A stretch of 63,973 nucleotides of DNA, the filler included, from Licmophora abbreviata (Eukaryota): the NCBI GenBank assembly GCA_900291995.1. It is 17 parts of 17 records of this genome, joined end to end, with 100 filler letters (N's around TTAATTAATTAA, not from the genome) between each part and the next. Parts side by side here need not be neighbours in the genome. Positions count along the whole stretch, not along the records: positions 39,954 to 47,986 come from OLMU01003498.1; positions 48,087 to 50,053 come from OLMU01003499.1; positions 50,154 to 52,263 come from OLMU01003500.1; positions 52,364 to 54,432 come from OLMU01003502.1; positions 54,533 to 58,057 come from OLMU01003503.1; 12 more parts are not named here. One strand, written 5' to 3'. Below are positions 47,005 to 57,269 of this stretch, one piece after another. A program made the translations under genes and the position numbers. The notes under the pieces are model-generated. The model made no database searches and had not been told where the DNA came from. It saw only the letters and a program-made list of their open reading frames with translations. Within the stretch, counting starts at the first letter, position 1; each line of letters opens with the position of its first letter.

Positions 47005-47636
47005 CTGGATATTGAAGTAAAAATATTGGTTTAGAGCACAGAAGAGGGGGGTGACATAGTGTTGTCCTATGCCAACGTAGTCTAGTTCCACTTCGCAGTG
47101 CATTGTAAGCTTTGAAATCAACACGAGCTAGAGCGGAGCTCGTGGGCAAGCAGCTCTGTATCTTTTGCTCAATTTCAATTTTCTCTTCTTCTCTGGTGAG
47201 TCTTTTTTCTCTTCTCAAACGCCTCAATTCCGCCGTGGTCAACTCACCGCTTCCATGGCTCCTTCATCCTGACGGAAAGAGAAAGCGCCGCGTCGCTCTT
47301 CCGACAGCGTCAAAATTCTTTGTTCCGCCGAAAAATGTTCGAGGTTTCGAGAATGGTGCTACGATAACGATGATAGAGAGCGCGACGAAAGCTCGTCGTT
47401 CAGACGCACGGCGAGGTACGAGCTCGTTTTGGGGAGCTCGACATCAATCGAAAGTCGTCCGAGAAACACGAGCAAAATTCTGCAGATGGTGACCATGGCA
47501 CTCTACTGACTGCCGCACTGCTAATGGTCAATACTTCGGCTTCTGTGGTCCTTTTCTCCCTATTGTTACCTGATATACTTGTATACTCGTTTTGGACCAA
47601 TCTTGAATTGTTCCCTCTCCATTTTTGCTGAGAGTC

Positions 47637-47878
47637 ATGAGTATTCGAAGTGTCTTATCCGATGGTTCCGAAGTCGTGCTGTACACTACCAGCAAGGAAC
47701 GCCAAATGTACGACGACCAAGCGAATCTGTATTCCATTATCATGGCAACGGAACACTTGGAGAGGGCGTATGCACGTGATAGTATTACACAAAAAGAATA
47801 TACAAATGAATGCAACAAGCTCATTTCGCAGTTTCGTCTAGCAGAAAAGGCGGCGCTGGGAAAGGACATGACCACGGA
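47637..47878 (+). CDS. VPS28: ESCRT-I subunit VPS28, first exon (truncated at gap)
   Basis: ERQMYDDQANLYSIIMATEHLERAYARDSI..EYTNECNKLISQF, followed by a GT donor. Confidence 0.85.
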
Positions 47879-48086
47879 GTACGTACCAATGAAAGAGTGG
47901 TGATGTCTGATGAATGGAGTGAAATGATCTCATCATTCCACTTGATTTCGGGCTGCTGATTACCCTGTATTTGCTCTAATACTGCCNNNNNNNNNNNNNN
48001 NNNNNNNNNNNNNNNNNNNNNNNNNNNNNNTTAATTAATTAANNNNNNNNNNNNNNNNNNNNNNNNNNNNNNNNNNNNNNNNNNNN

Positions 48087-50034
48087 GCCCGCAAGTGAGC
48101 CTCACGGCCTATGGCGAGGTGGTCGAGATCAGCGCCATCATCGGCCCGGCAGCCGGACGGGTGTGGATCTGGTCTGGGGCCGGTCGGCGCTTTATGCGCA
48201 TATCGGGCTGGATCTGACCGGGCCGAATGGCGGGATCGTGCGGATCGACGATATCGAGATCGAGGATGTCACCGGGGTCTTTCTGCGCGACATGCTGAGC
48301 GTGGTGGATGTGCGCGATTACGGTGCGGTGGGCGACGGGACGAGCGATGACAGCGCCGCCTTCGAGGCCGCCGACGCCGACGCACAGGGCCGCGAGGTGC
48401 TGGTGCCTGCGGGCATTTACCGACTGGCCGAGAGCGTGACCTTTCAATCCCGTGTCCAGTTCGAGGGCCGGGTCGAGATGCCCGAGGACAAGATCCTGGC
48501 CCTGACCAAGAATTTCGATCTGCCCAGCTATATCGACGCCTTTGGCGATGATGAGGAGCTGGCCTTCAAGAAGGCGTTTCAGGCGCTTTTGAACACGGCC
48601 GGGCACGAGTCGCTTGATCTGGGCGGGCGGCTTTTGGGCCTCCGCGCACCGATCGACATGCAGGCGGCGGTGGCCAACCGGACCTTCTATAATCAGCGGC
48701 GGGTGATCCGGAACGGCCAGTTTTCGGTGTTTTCCGGCCCGGCATGGGATACCGAGGTCGTTACCTCGCAGGCACGCTATGCGCCGGCCGATCCCAAGCG
48801 GCTGACGAATGTGCAGAACGTGGCCAGCATCCCGGTGGGCGCGTTGATCGAGGGCAATGGCGTGGGGCGCGAAGTCTATGTGCGGGCGCGCAACATCGCA
48901 GCACAGACCCTTGAGATCAGCGCGCCGCTTTATGACGCGGACGGCGCACAGGTGTTCACCTTCCGGCGGTTCAAATACATCCTCGATTTCAGCGGCTTCG
49001 ACGATCTGGGGCGGATGACCCTGTCGGATATCGAGTTTCAGTGCAGCGGCGAATGCAGCGCCATCCTGTTGCCGCCGCAGGGCAGCGGCTTTGCGCTGCG
49101 CGATTGCTTCATCACCCGGCCCAAGGATCGCGGCATCTCGAGCCATGGCGAGGGCTGTCAGGGCATGTTGATCGACCGGTGCCAGTTCCTGTCGAACGAA
49201 AGCCCGCTTGCGTCGCTCGAGCGGCAGTCCATCGGGCTGAACACCAACGCCAATGACGTGAAACTGCGCAACAACCGCGCGGTGCATTTCCGGCATTTCG
49301 CGGTGATTGGCGGATCGAGCAGCCTCATCCTTGGCAATCACTGGTTCCAGGGCGACACGCTGCAAAATTCCCCCCGGCTGGCGGGGCTGGTGCTGACGCG
49401 GACCAACAACCGTGGCACAGTGACCGGCAACTATGTGGACAACAGCTTTATCGAATGGGGCAATGAACACGATCAGGCGCCGGAATTCGCCTCGGAATTC
49501 TCGTTCAGCCAGCTGACCATCAGCGGCAACACCTTTCTGGCGAGCCAAGTGCCGCCGTGGTTCAGTTATCTTGTCATCAAGCCCTATGGCGCGGGGCATT
49601 TCCTGAACGGGCTGACGGTGACGGGCAATTCCTTCCGCATCATCGGCACGCCGGTGGACCGGGTGGAAAGCGTGGACACGAGCTTTGCCAGTCTGGACTA
49701 CAACCGCTTCGCAAATGTCACGTTCCGCGACAACATGTTCAACAATGTGAACAGCCCCTCGGCCAGCCCGGTGACGATTGAGCATACCGAAGCCAGCGCG
49801 TCGCAGGCCTGGGTGGTGGCGGCGGATGCCAAGCTGCCGTTCAACGGCTGGGCGCAGGTGGTCGAGGCGGTGACCGCCGCAGGGCCGTTGCGCCGGGCGG
49901 ACGGGTCGATCTATTACGGCGCGCCCTATTATCAGGCCAAGCAGGGGCCGAACAACGATCAGGTGACCCTGAGATGGGAAACCCCGGTGCAAGGCACGGC
50001 GATGGTGACGGTGCGGATCGACGATCCGTTCTGA
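48087..50034 (+). CDS. Pectate_lyase_3/GH28-related right-handed beta-helix protein (5' partial)
   Basis: VDVRDYGAVGDGTSDDSAAFEAA motif and Asn-rich beta-helix repeats (LILGNHW, TVTGNY, TISGNTF, TVTGNSF). Confidence 0.8.
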
Positions 50035-50153
50035 GCCGCGTCAGAAGCTGTGCNNNNNNNNNNNNNNNNNNNNNNNNNNNNNNNNNNNNNNNNNNNNTTA
50101 ATTAATTAANNNNNNNNNNNNNNNNNNNNNNNNNNNNNNNNNNNNNNNNNNNN

Positions 50154-50791
50154 CGATTTTCGCCGCGATCGCAGAGCTGCCCACAAGCCCCGCCGTCACC
50201 CCGATTTCGAGGTGGCGGCCGGGGGGCGGCGGGGATCACCCAGGAGGGCGCGATCTTGAGATATTCGTCGCCATAGGCGGGGACGCCTGCCTGAAGCTGG
50301 ACAATCGCGCGGGTCTTGCGCCATGTCTCGATCCCGAGGGTCAGATCGGTTTCGAAATCGGCGTCGTAATCCCCGTGCAGCACATCCTGAAAGATCACCG
50401 CACGGGTATCGAGCGTGATCCAGCCGGGCCGCCCCGACAGGCTGAAGCCACGCCCGAAGGACAGGCCGGGCCGGATGACCGGCTGATCCGCCACGAGGCC
50501 CACGCCCAACTCGACCGCCAGCCGCATGCCGCCCGGTGCCTGCCCGAAGGGCAGCCGCGCGAACACGACGGTTTTTTGCATCTCCTGCCGGGTGGCCCCC
50601 ATGTCGAGACCAAAGGTCAGGCGGTCATTCAGCCCATGTTCGGCATAGAGGCTGAACACGCCATCGCCCTGCACAAGCGGCGCTTCGAGCGAGGCCGCGA
50701 GGAACGTCTCGCCCTCGGCGCGCGGCCAAGGTCCAGCCTGAGCCTGAACGGCCAGCCAAAGCACAAGATTTGCCACCACCAGCATCCGCAT
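50154..50791 (-). CDS. Hypothetical exported beta-strand-rich (outer-membrane-like) protein; 3' partial, frameshift at G6 run 50221-50226
   Basis: Signal peptide AQA-GPWPR and amphipathic strands (LYAEHGL, LAVELGVG, WITLDTR). RBS GGAGG upstream. Confidence 0.65.
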
Positions 50792-50826
50792 CGCCGGACC
50801 TCCGGCGGCAAGGATGGTTCATCTTG

Positions 50827-50842
50827 GTAAACGATGGGTTAA
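50827..50842 (-). promoter_or_regulatory. CtrA-like binding site (TTAA-N7-TTTAC, 1 mismatch)
   Basis: Minus strand TTAACCCATCGTTTAC, 36 bp upstream of the 50791 start. Confidence 0.55.
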
Positions 50843-50915
50843 CGCGAGGGGATCGGGAAAGAATTTGCCCCCGGCGCAGGGCATGGTAGGATGGGGTATC
50901 AGACGGAGGCACGCC

Positions 50916-51236
50916 ATGCCGAAGATCGAACAGACCGCAGACTGCCAGACGGTGATCACCACCTTCGAGATGTCGCCGGGCACCTGTCAGGATCTGCTGG
51001 ATGAATTGACCGAAGCCTATGAGCAGTTCATCTCGAAGCAGAAGGGCTTCATCGCGGCGGGGCTGCATGTGAACGATGCGCAGACCCGGATCGCCAATTA
51101 TTCGCAATGGGAGCGCCGCGAGGATTTCCTGGCCATGCTGCGCAGCGACGAGATGCGCCGCCGCAACCGGCGGATCAACGAATTGTGCCGCAGCTTCGAG
51201 CCGGTGATGTATGATGTGGCGGCGACATTCGGGTGA
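50916..51236 (+). CDS. Antibiotic biosynthesis monooxygenase (ABM) family protein
   Basis: RBS GGAGG and KGFIAAGLH..RIANYSQWE. Confidence 0.8.
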   Translation: MPKIEQTADCQTVITTFEMSPGTCQDLLDELTEAYEQFISKQKGFIAAGLHVNDAQTRIANYSQWERREDFLAMLRSDEMRRRNRRINELCRSFEPVMYDVAATFG

Positions 51237-51556
51237 GGGACCGCGATCAAGGTCAGGAGAGCGTCCAAGACGACGCGGCGGAGATGGCGCAGCAGATGCG
51301 CGCGCTGCGCGATGAGGTCCACCAGTTGAACGCGCATCGCTTCGTGCGCATCCACAATTCGATCCCGCGGCTCTTGGCCTTCAATTTCGCGCGCGGGCTG
51401 GCCTTTGGGCTTGGCACGGTGCTGGGGGCGTCGGTGCTGTTGTCGGCGGTGGCCTGGTCGCTGTCGCAGGTGGAATTCCTGCCGATCATCGGGGAATGGG
51501 TGTCGCAGATCGCGCGACAGATGGAAGATGCCGCCGGACAATCGGGCGCGCGCTGA
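51233..51556 (+). CDS. DUF5665 family small membrane protein
   Basis: FNFARGLAFGLGTVLGAS..LPIIGEWV; GTGA start overlaps the upstream stop. Confidence 0.75.
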   Translation: MRDRDQGQESVQDDAAEMAQQMRALRDEVHQLNAHRFVRIHNSIPRLLAFNFARGLAFGLGTVLGASVLLSAVAWSLSQVEFLPIIGEWVSQIARQMEDAAGQSGAR

Positions 51557-51636
51557 TGCGCGCGGGCTGACCTGTGTCAATGTCGGGACCGCGCCGACCT
51601 GACAGAGTGGGACCGAACCGAAAGCAGGAGGACCCC

Positions 51637-52044
51637 ATGTACAAGAACATTCTGGTGCCGATTTCGTTTGATGAGGACCGCGATGCGGCGGGCGCGATCG
51701 ACGTAGCCCGCACGCTGGCTGGCAAGGACGGCAAGATCAAGCTGATCCACGTGATAGAAGACATTCCCGGCTATGCGATCACCTATGTGCCCAACACCTA
51801 CCTTGTCGAAAGCCGTCAGGCGATCGAGGCCGAGTTGGCTGAGATGGCGGCAGAGCTGGAGAACGGCGCGTTCGAGGTGATCAGCGGCCATTCGGGGCGT
51901 ACAATCGTGGATTACGCCGACAAGGACGGCGCCGATTGCATCGTGATCGCCAGCCACCGGCCCGGAATGTCGAACCTGATTCTTGGCAGCACGGCGACAC
52001 AGGTGGTGCGCCATGCCAATTGCGCGGTGCATGTGATCCGCTAG
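51637..52044 (+). CDS. Universal stress protein (UspA family)
   Basis: MYKNILVP, ADCIVIASH and LILGSTATQVVRHANCAVHVIR; RBS AGGAGG. Confidence 0.92.
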   Translation: MYKNILVPISFDEDRDAAGAIDVARTLAGKDGKIKLIHVIEDIPGYAITYVPNTYLVESRQAIEAELAEMAAELENGAFEVISGHSGRTIVDYADKDGADCIVIASHRPGMSNLILGSTATQVVRHANCAVHVIR

Positions 52045-52074
52045 GGTCCGTTCGGCACGGGAGCAGCCAGGATC

Positions 52075-52263
52075 ATGTCCGGTCTGTTTCCGCAGTTGCT
52101 GTTGGTGGGCGTGGCGATTGCCGCGAACAATCTGGCGGTGTCGCTGGCGTTGGGTTCGGTGGCGCCCAAAACGGTTTGGCCGCGCGTGCTGATGGTGTTC
52201 GCCCTGTTCGAATTCGGCGTGCCCTTGGCGGGCGCGTGGCTCGGCAGGCATCTGGCGGGGGTG
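52075..52263 (+). CDS. MntP-family manganese efflux pump (3' partial)
   Basis: VAIAANNLAVSLALG..FALFEFGVPLAGAWLG. Confidence 0.65.
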
Positions 52264-52363
52264 NNNNNNNNNNNNNNNNNNNNNNNNNNNNNNNNNNNNN
52301 NNNNNNNTTAATTAATTAANNNNNNNNNNNNNNNNNNNNNNNNNNNNNNNNNNNNNNNNNNNN

Positions 52364-52437
52364 CGGACCGGATTTTCTATTATCGCGGCGGGATGCAAAG
52401 CTGGCGGGTGCTGGGCCTTTCGGTCACAGGGGGCTGA
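52364..52437 (+). CDS. C-terminal fragment of a rhodanese-like protein
   Basis: DRIFYYRGGMQSWRVLGLSV matches the rhodanese C-terminal GG..W motif. Confidence 0.6.
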
Positions 52438-52508
52438 TCGCCTCTTGAGAGCGGCCAGCGGCGACACCACATGGAAAGCGTCTTTGGTTCAATGAGGAGA
52501 TGACGCGA

Positions 52509-52763
52509 ATGCAGTGCCCGATCGACGGAGAACAGCTTGTGATGACCGACCGTGCGGGGGTCGAGATCGATTATTGCCCGAAATGCCGCGGTGTGTGGCT
52601 GGACCGGGGGGAGTTGGACAAGATCATCGAGCAATCCGCGCCGCGCGGCGGCGGATCGGCTGGTGGATCGGGAGGTGGTCGGGACCGCGGCTATGCGCCC
52701 GAGCCGCAGGACCACAGACGCAAGAAGCGCGGCGGGTTTCTGGAAGAGCTGTTCGACTTCTGA
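52509..52763 (+). CDS. zf-TFIIB Zn-ribbon domain protein
   Basis: MQCPID..EIDYCPKCRGVWLDRGELDKII..FLEELFDF. Confidence 0.88.
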   Translation: MQCPIDGEQLVMTDRAGVEIDYCPKCRGVWLDRGELDKIIEQSAPRGGGSAGGSGGGRDRGYAPEPQDHRRKKRGGFLEELFDF

Positions 52764-52767
52764 TCGG

Positions 52768-52980
52768 TCAGCGGCTCAACACCGTCCGGACCAGCGCGAT
52801 CAGCGCGGACAGCACGACCGAGACGAGGATCGCGCTGGTCACGGGAATATAGAGCCGCAGGCTGCCGCGCTCGATGACGATATCGCCGGGAAGCCGGCCC
52901 AGACCGAGACGCGACAGCAGCCCCCAAAGCAGGCCGATGACGACCAGCACCAAGCCGGCAAGGATCAGGTAACGCGCCAT
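52768..52980 (-). CDS. DUF2905 family small membrane protein
   Basis: LGRLPGDIVIER..YIPVTSAILVSVVLS. Confidence 0.85.
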   Translation of the reverse strand: MARYLILAGLVLVVIGLLWGLLSRLGLGRLPGDIVIERGSLRLYIPVTSAILVSVVLSALIALVRTVLSR

Positions 52981-53029
52981 GGGGCGAGGTTACGCGATTT
53001 GGCCGGGACTTTACAGGGGATTTGCGGCC

Positions 53030-53353
53030 TCAGGGCGCGCCAGCGGCTGCGTCCGGGTGGGCGAAATCTTGAAAAGATTTCCGCCCGATTTCTTTTGAAG
53101 AAATCGGGGGCGGGGTGAGCCAGCGCAGGGGCGCCCGGTTGCAGAAAATCACCAATTGGCCGGAGTTTTCCACAACCTGATATCCCCGACGCTGGATTTC
53201 GCGCATGAACGCATCCATCCCGGCGAAGCGTTCCACATCCCGAGCCTTGCGCCGGATGACGGTACCTTGCTGGACCGCCTTGGAGGCGAAGAGATCATTG
53301 AGCCAGATTTCGGGCGAAAGGGGAGAATTTCGGGTCTGCATGGCCGCCAGCAT
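53030..53353 (-). CDS. Conserved small Rhodobacteraceae hypothetical protein
   Basis: WLNDLFASKAVQQGTVIRRKARDVER..RRGYQVVENSGQLVIFCN. Confidence 0.7.
   Translation of the reverse strand: MLAAMQTRNSPLSPEIWLNDLFASKAVQQGTVIRRKARDVERFAGMDAFMREIQRRGYQVVENSGQLVIFCNRAPLRWLTPPPISSKEIGRKSFQDFAHPDAAAGAP
53063..53106. repeat. Double-hairpin palindromic element inside the 3' end of a CDS
   Basis: GAAATCTT-GAA-AAGATTTC and CGATTTCTT-TTG-AAGAAATCG. Confidence 0.75.
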
Positions 53354-53365
53354 GGCCCAAACATG

Positions 53366-53381
53366 GTTAAGACCGGGTTAA
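53366..53381 (-). promoter_or_regulatory. Perfect CtrA binding site TTAA-N7-TTAAC
   Basis: Minus strand TTAACCCGGTCTTAAC, between the uvrB stop and the next gene. Confidence 0.75.
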
Positions 53382-53388
53382 AGCCGGA

Positions 53389-55562
53389 TCACCGCCCCCG
53401 CCGTTTGACATTCCCGCCGCGCTGGCCCGGCCGGCCTGCGGTGGAGCGGCCCTTGGCCTTTGTCGCCTCTTCTGACGCCTTTTCGACCGCCTGCTGGCGC
53501 GCCAGAGGATCGTCCTGAATGGCCAGATCGACCGCTTCGAGGCGCTTGACCTCGTCGCGCAGGCGGGCGGCCTCTTCGAATTCGAGGTTCTCGGCCGCCT
53601 TGCGCATCTCGGCGCGCAGCCCGTCGAGATGAGCCTGAAGGTTGGAGCCGACCATCGGCGTGTCGACCGTGGCGGTCACCCGGTTCATATCCACATCGCC
53701 CTTATAGAGACCGGCCAGGATATCCTCGACATTCTTGCGGACGGTGGCGGGGGTGATGCCATGTTCCTCGTTATAGGCGATCTGCTTGGCGCGGCGGCGG
53801 TCGGTTTCATCGAGCGCGCGCTGCATCGAACCGGTGATCCGGTCGGCATACATGATGACCCGGCCATCGGCGTTGCGCGCGGCGCGGCCAATCGTCTGGA
53901 TCAGCGAGGTTTCCGAGCGCAGGAACCCTTCCTTGTCGGCGTCCAGAATGGCGACAAGCCCGCATTCGGGAATATCCAGCCCCTCGCGCAAGAGGTTGAT
54001 GCCGATCAGCACATCGAAGGCGCCAAGGCGCAGATCGCGCAGGATCTCGATCCGTTCGATCGTGTCGATGTCCGAATGCATGTAGCGCACGCGGATGCCC
54101 TGTTCATGCAGGTATTCGGTCAGATCCTCGGCCATGCGTTTGGTCAGGGTCGTGCACAAGGTCCGGTAGCCCGCCGCCGAGACGCGGCGCACCTCGTCCA
54201 GCAGGTCGTCGACCTGCATCTCGACGGGGCGGATCTCGATCTGCGGATCGAGAAGCCCGGTGGGGCGGATCACCTGTTCGGTGAAGACACCGCCGGTCTG
54301 CTCGATTTCCCATTTCGCGGGGGTGGCGGAGACGAACACCGATTGCGGGCGCATGGCGTCCCATTCCTCGAACTTGAGGGGGCGGTTGTCCATGCAGGAG
54401 GGCAGCCGGAAGCCATGTTCGGCCAGGGTGAANNNNNNNNNNNNNNNNNNNNNNNNNNNNNNNNNNNNNNNNNNNNTTAATTAATTAANNNNNNNNNNNN
54501 NNNNNNNNNNNNNNNNNNNNNNNNNNNNNNNNCGCGACCGGTCAGGTAGCGCGAATAATTCTCGATCCCGTTGCAGACGCCGGTGGCCTCGAGCATTTCG
54601 AGATCGAAGCTGGTGCGCTGCTCGAGGCGCTGCGCCTCGAGCAGCTTGCCTTCGTTCACCAGTTGATCGAGCCGCTGGCGCAGCTCCTTGCGGATACCGA
54701 TCATGGCCTGCTGCATCGTCGGCTTGGGCGTCACGTAATGCGAATTGGCATAGACGCGGATCTGCTCGAAACTGTCGGTCTTTTCGCCGGTGAGGGGGTC
54801 GAATTCGGTGATCGCTTCCAGCTCTTCGCCGAAGAAGCTGAGTTTCCAAGCGCGGTCATCGAGGTGGGCGGGCCAGATTTCGAGGCTGTCACCGCGCACC
54901 CGGAAGCTGCCGCGTTGAAAGCCCGCATCGTTGCGGCGGTATTGCTGGGCCACCAGATCGGCCATCACCTTGCGCTGGTCATACTCGGTGCCGACCTTCA
55001 GATCCTGGGTCATCGCGCCATAGGTTTCGACCGAGCCGATGCCGTAGATGCACGAGACCGAGGCCACGATGATGACATCGTCACGTTCCAGAAGCGCCCT
55101 TGTGGCCGAGTGGCGCATCCGGTCGATCTGTTCGTTGATCTGGCTTTCCTTCTCGATATAGGTGTCCGAGCGCGCGACATAGGCTTCGGGCTGGTAGTAG
55201 TCGTAATAGCTGACGAAATATTCCACGGCATTGTTGGGAAAGAAGCCCTTGAACTCGCCATAAAGCTGGGCCGCCAGCGTCTTGTTGGGGGCGAGGATGA
55301 TGGCCGGGCGCTGCGTTTCCTCGATCACCTTGGCCATTGTGTAGGTTTTGCCGGTGCCGGTGGCGCCCAAAAGCACCTGGTTGCGTTCACCGTCGCGCAC
55401 CCCGGCACTGAGTTCGGCAATCGCGGTGGGCTGATCGCCGGCGGGCTGAAATTCGGTGACCATCTCGAAGCGCCGCCCGCCTTCGAGCTTGTCGCGGACC
55501 GCGATATCGGGGGCGGGCGAATGCAGCAGGGCTTCGGTCTTGTCAGAATGAGCGTAGGGCAT
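53389..55562 (-). CDS. uvrB: Excinuclease ABC subunit B (split by gap 54433-54532)
   Basis: [45 protein letters not shown] and a C-terminal UVR domain. Confidence 0.97.
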
Positions 55563-55616
55563 CGGATATCCGTTCTGTGATCTGCACCTAGAGTTGTCCT
55601 CTTTGGGCCGAGGTTC

Positions 55617-55682
55617 AAGGGGGGCGCGGCCCCCCTCGCCGCAAGGCGGCGAGTCCCCCCGGGATATTTGAGGCCAGAAGAA
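55617..55682. repeat. REP-like intergenic palindromic element
   Basis: Adjacent hairpins GGGGG-CGCGG-CCCCC and CTCGCCGC-AAG-GCGGCGAG, followed by CCCCCCGGGATATTTGAGGCCAGAAG. Confidence 0.6.
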
Positions 55683-55808
55683 ACCCCGGGACCGGTAATG
55701 GAGGCGGTCATGGGGCGCGGGCCTGCGCGCATTTGATCCCTTGCCCAAGGCCCGTGTTTTTGGAATAACGGCGAGGTTACCAGAAGTGCCGGATCAGGAG
55801 TGCAGTCA

Positions 55809-56120
55809 ATGTCCGCCCGCATCTATCAGCCGTCGCGCAGCACGACGCAATCGGGGACCGCCCGCAGCAATCATTGGGTTCTGGAATATTTTCCCGAAAC
55901 CCCGCGCGAGGTGGATCCGCTGATGGGCTGGACCAGTTCGAACGATACCCAGGCACAGGTCAGGCTGAAGTTTCCGACCAAGGAGGCGGCGCTGGATTAT
56001 GCAAGCGAGCACGGCATCGACGCTGTTGTTCTGGAGCCGCACAAGCGCAAGCCCAATATCCGCCCCGGCGGCTATGGCGAGAATTTCGCGACCAACCGGC
56101 GCGCCACCTGGACGCATTGA
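55809..56120 (+). CDS. ETC complex I subunit (NDUFS4-like)
   Basis: [32 protein letters not shown]. Confidence 0.9.
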   Translation: MSARIYQPSRSTTQSGTARSNHWVLEYFPETPREVDPLMGWTSSNDTQAQVRLKFPTKEAALDYASEHGIDAVVLEPHKRKPNIRPGGYGENFATNRRATWTH

Positions 56121-56220
56121 GGCCATCGCGGCTGGGGGCACGCCCGGCGCTTGATGCGGATCAAGGCGCGCGGGCGCATATTCGGATAAGCTTTCACGGA
56201 TCGCAGTGAAGGAGATCCCC

Positions 56221-57192
56221 GTGAACGCCACAGCCACCGCAGCAGTCAAAGCAACAGCCAAAACCGCCAGCACCACAGCACAGCCGAGCCCCCAAATGAT
56301 CCCCGACGCGGCCGGGGACACCGGCATGGTGCCGACCGACACGCTGACCGAGATGCGCAACGCGTTCGAAACCGGCGACTACCCTTACAGCGACCAGATG
56401 GGCCGGCGCAGCTATGAGGCGCAGAAGGCGAAGCTGCAGGCGGAATTGCTGAAGGTTCAGCTATGGGCACAGGAGACCGGCGCGCGGTTCGTGCTGCTGT
56501 TCGAGGGGCGCGATGCCGCCGGCAAGGGCGGCACGATCAAACGCTTCACCGAACATCTGAACCCGAGGCAGGCGCGGGTCGTGGCGCTGAACAAGCCGAC
56601 ATGGGAAGAAAAGGGCCAGTGGTTCTTTCAGCGTTATGTCGAGCATCTGCCGACGGTGGGCGAAATGGTGTTCTATGACCGCTCGTGGTACAACCGCGCC
56701 GGCGTGGAGCGGGTGATGGGCTTTTGCGAGCCGTGGGAATACCTGGAATTCATGCGGCAGGCCCCGGAGCTCGAGCGCATGCTGGTGCGGTCCGGCATCC
56801 GGCTTTACAAATACTGGTTCTCGGTCACGCAGGACGAGCAGAGGCGCCGGTTCGAGGCACGCGCCACCGACCCGCTGAAACAATGGAAGCTGAGCCCGAT
56901 CGACAAGCAGAGCCTTGGCAAATGGGACGATTACACCGAAGCCAAGGAGGCGATGTTCTTCTACACCGACACCGCCGATGCGCCCTGGACGGTGGTTAAA
57001 TCCAACGACAAGAAGCGCGCCCGGTTGGCCTGCATGCGGCATTTCCTGAGCACCATCGACTATCCTGGCAAGGATGTGAAACTGGTGGGCCAGCCCGATC
57101 CGCTGCTGGTTTCGACGGCGCAGCATGTGCTGCATGGCAGCGATCACATCCTTGGAAAGTCATTGCATCCCGAGACGCGCAAGCCGCGCTGA
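56221..57192 (+). CDS. ppk2: Polyphosphate kinase 2
   Basis: FEGRDAAGKGGTIKR, DRSWYNRAGVE, DPLKQWKLSPID and SNDKKRARL; RBS AAGGAG before GTG. Confidence 0.95.
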   Translation: MNATATAAVKATAKTASTTAQPSPQMIPDAAGDTGMVPTDTLTEMRNAFETGDYPYSDQMGRRSYEAQKAKLQAELLKVQLWAQETGARFVLLFEGRDAAGKGGTIKRFTEHLNPRQARVVALNKPTWEEKGQWFFQRYVEHLPTVGEMVFYDRSWYNRAGVERVMGFCEPWEYLEFMRQAPELERMLVRSGIRLYKYWFSVTQDEQRRRFEARATDPLKQWKLSPIDKQSLGKWDDYTEAKEAMFFYTDTADAPWTVVKSNDKKRARLACMRHFLSTIDYPGKDVKLVGQPDPLLVSTAQHVLHGSDHILGKSLHPETRKPR

Positions 57193-57269
57193 TCCGGGAT
57201 CGGCAAGCCTGCGCCCAAGCCGTGCGACACTGCTTGCCGTGAGGGCGGCGAGCACCTAAGACTTTGGGC

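Noticed and set aside
48109..49992. 627-aa minus-strand ORF (and similar long antisense ORFs over uvrB, ppk2 and DUF1007)
   Set aside because: Antisense shadows typical of high-GC codon usage; the opposite strand carries recognisable proteins.
55563..55620. LexA (GTTC-N7-GTTC) box upstream of uvrB
   Set aside because: GTTC half-sites are present but not at 7-nt spacing.
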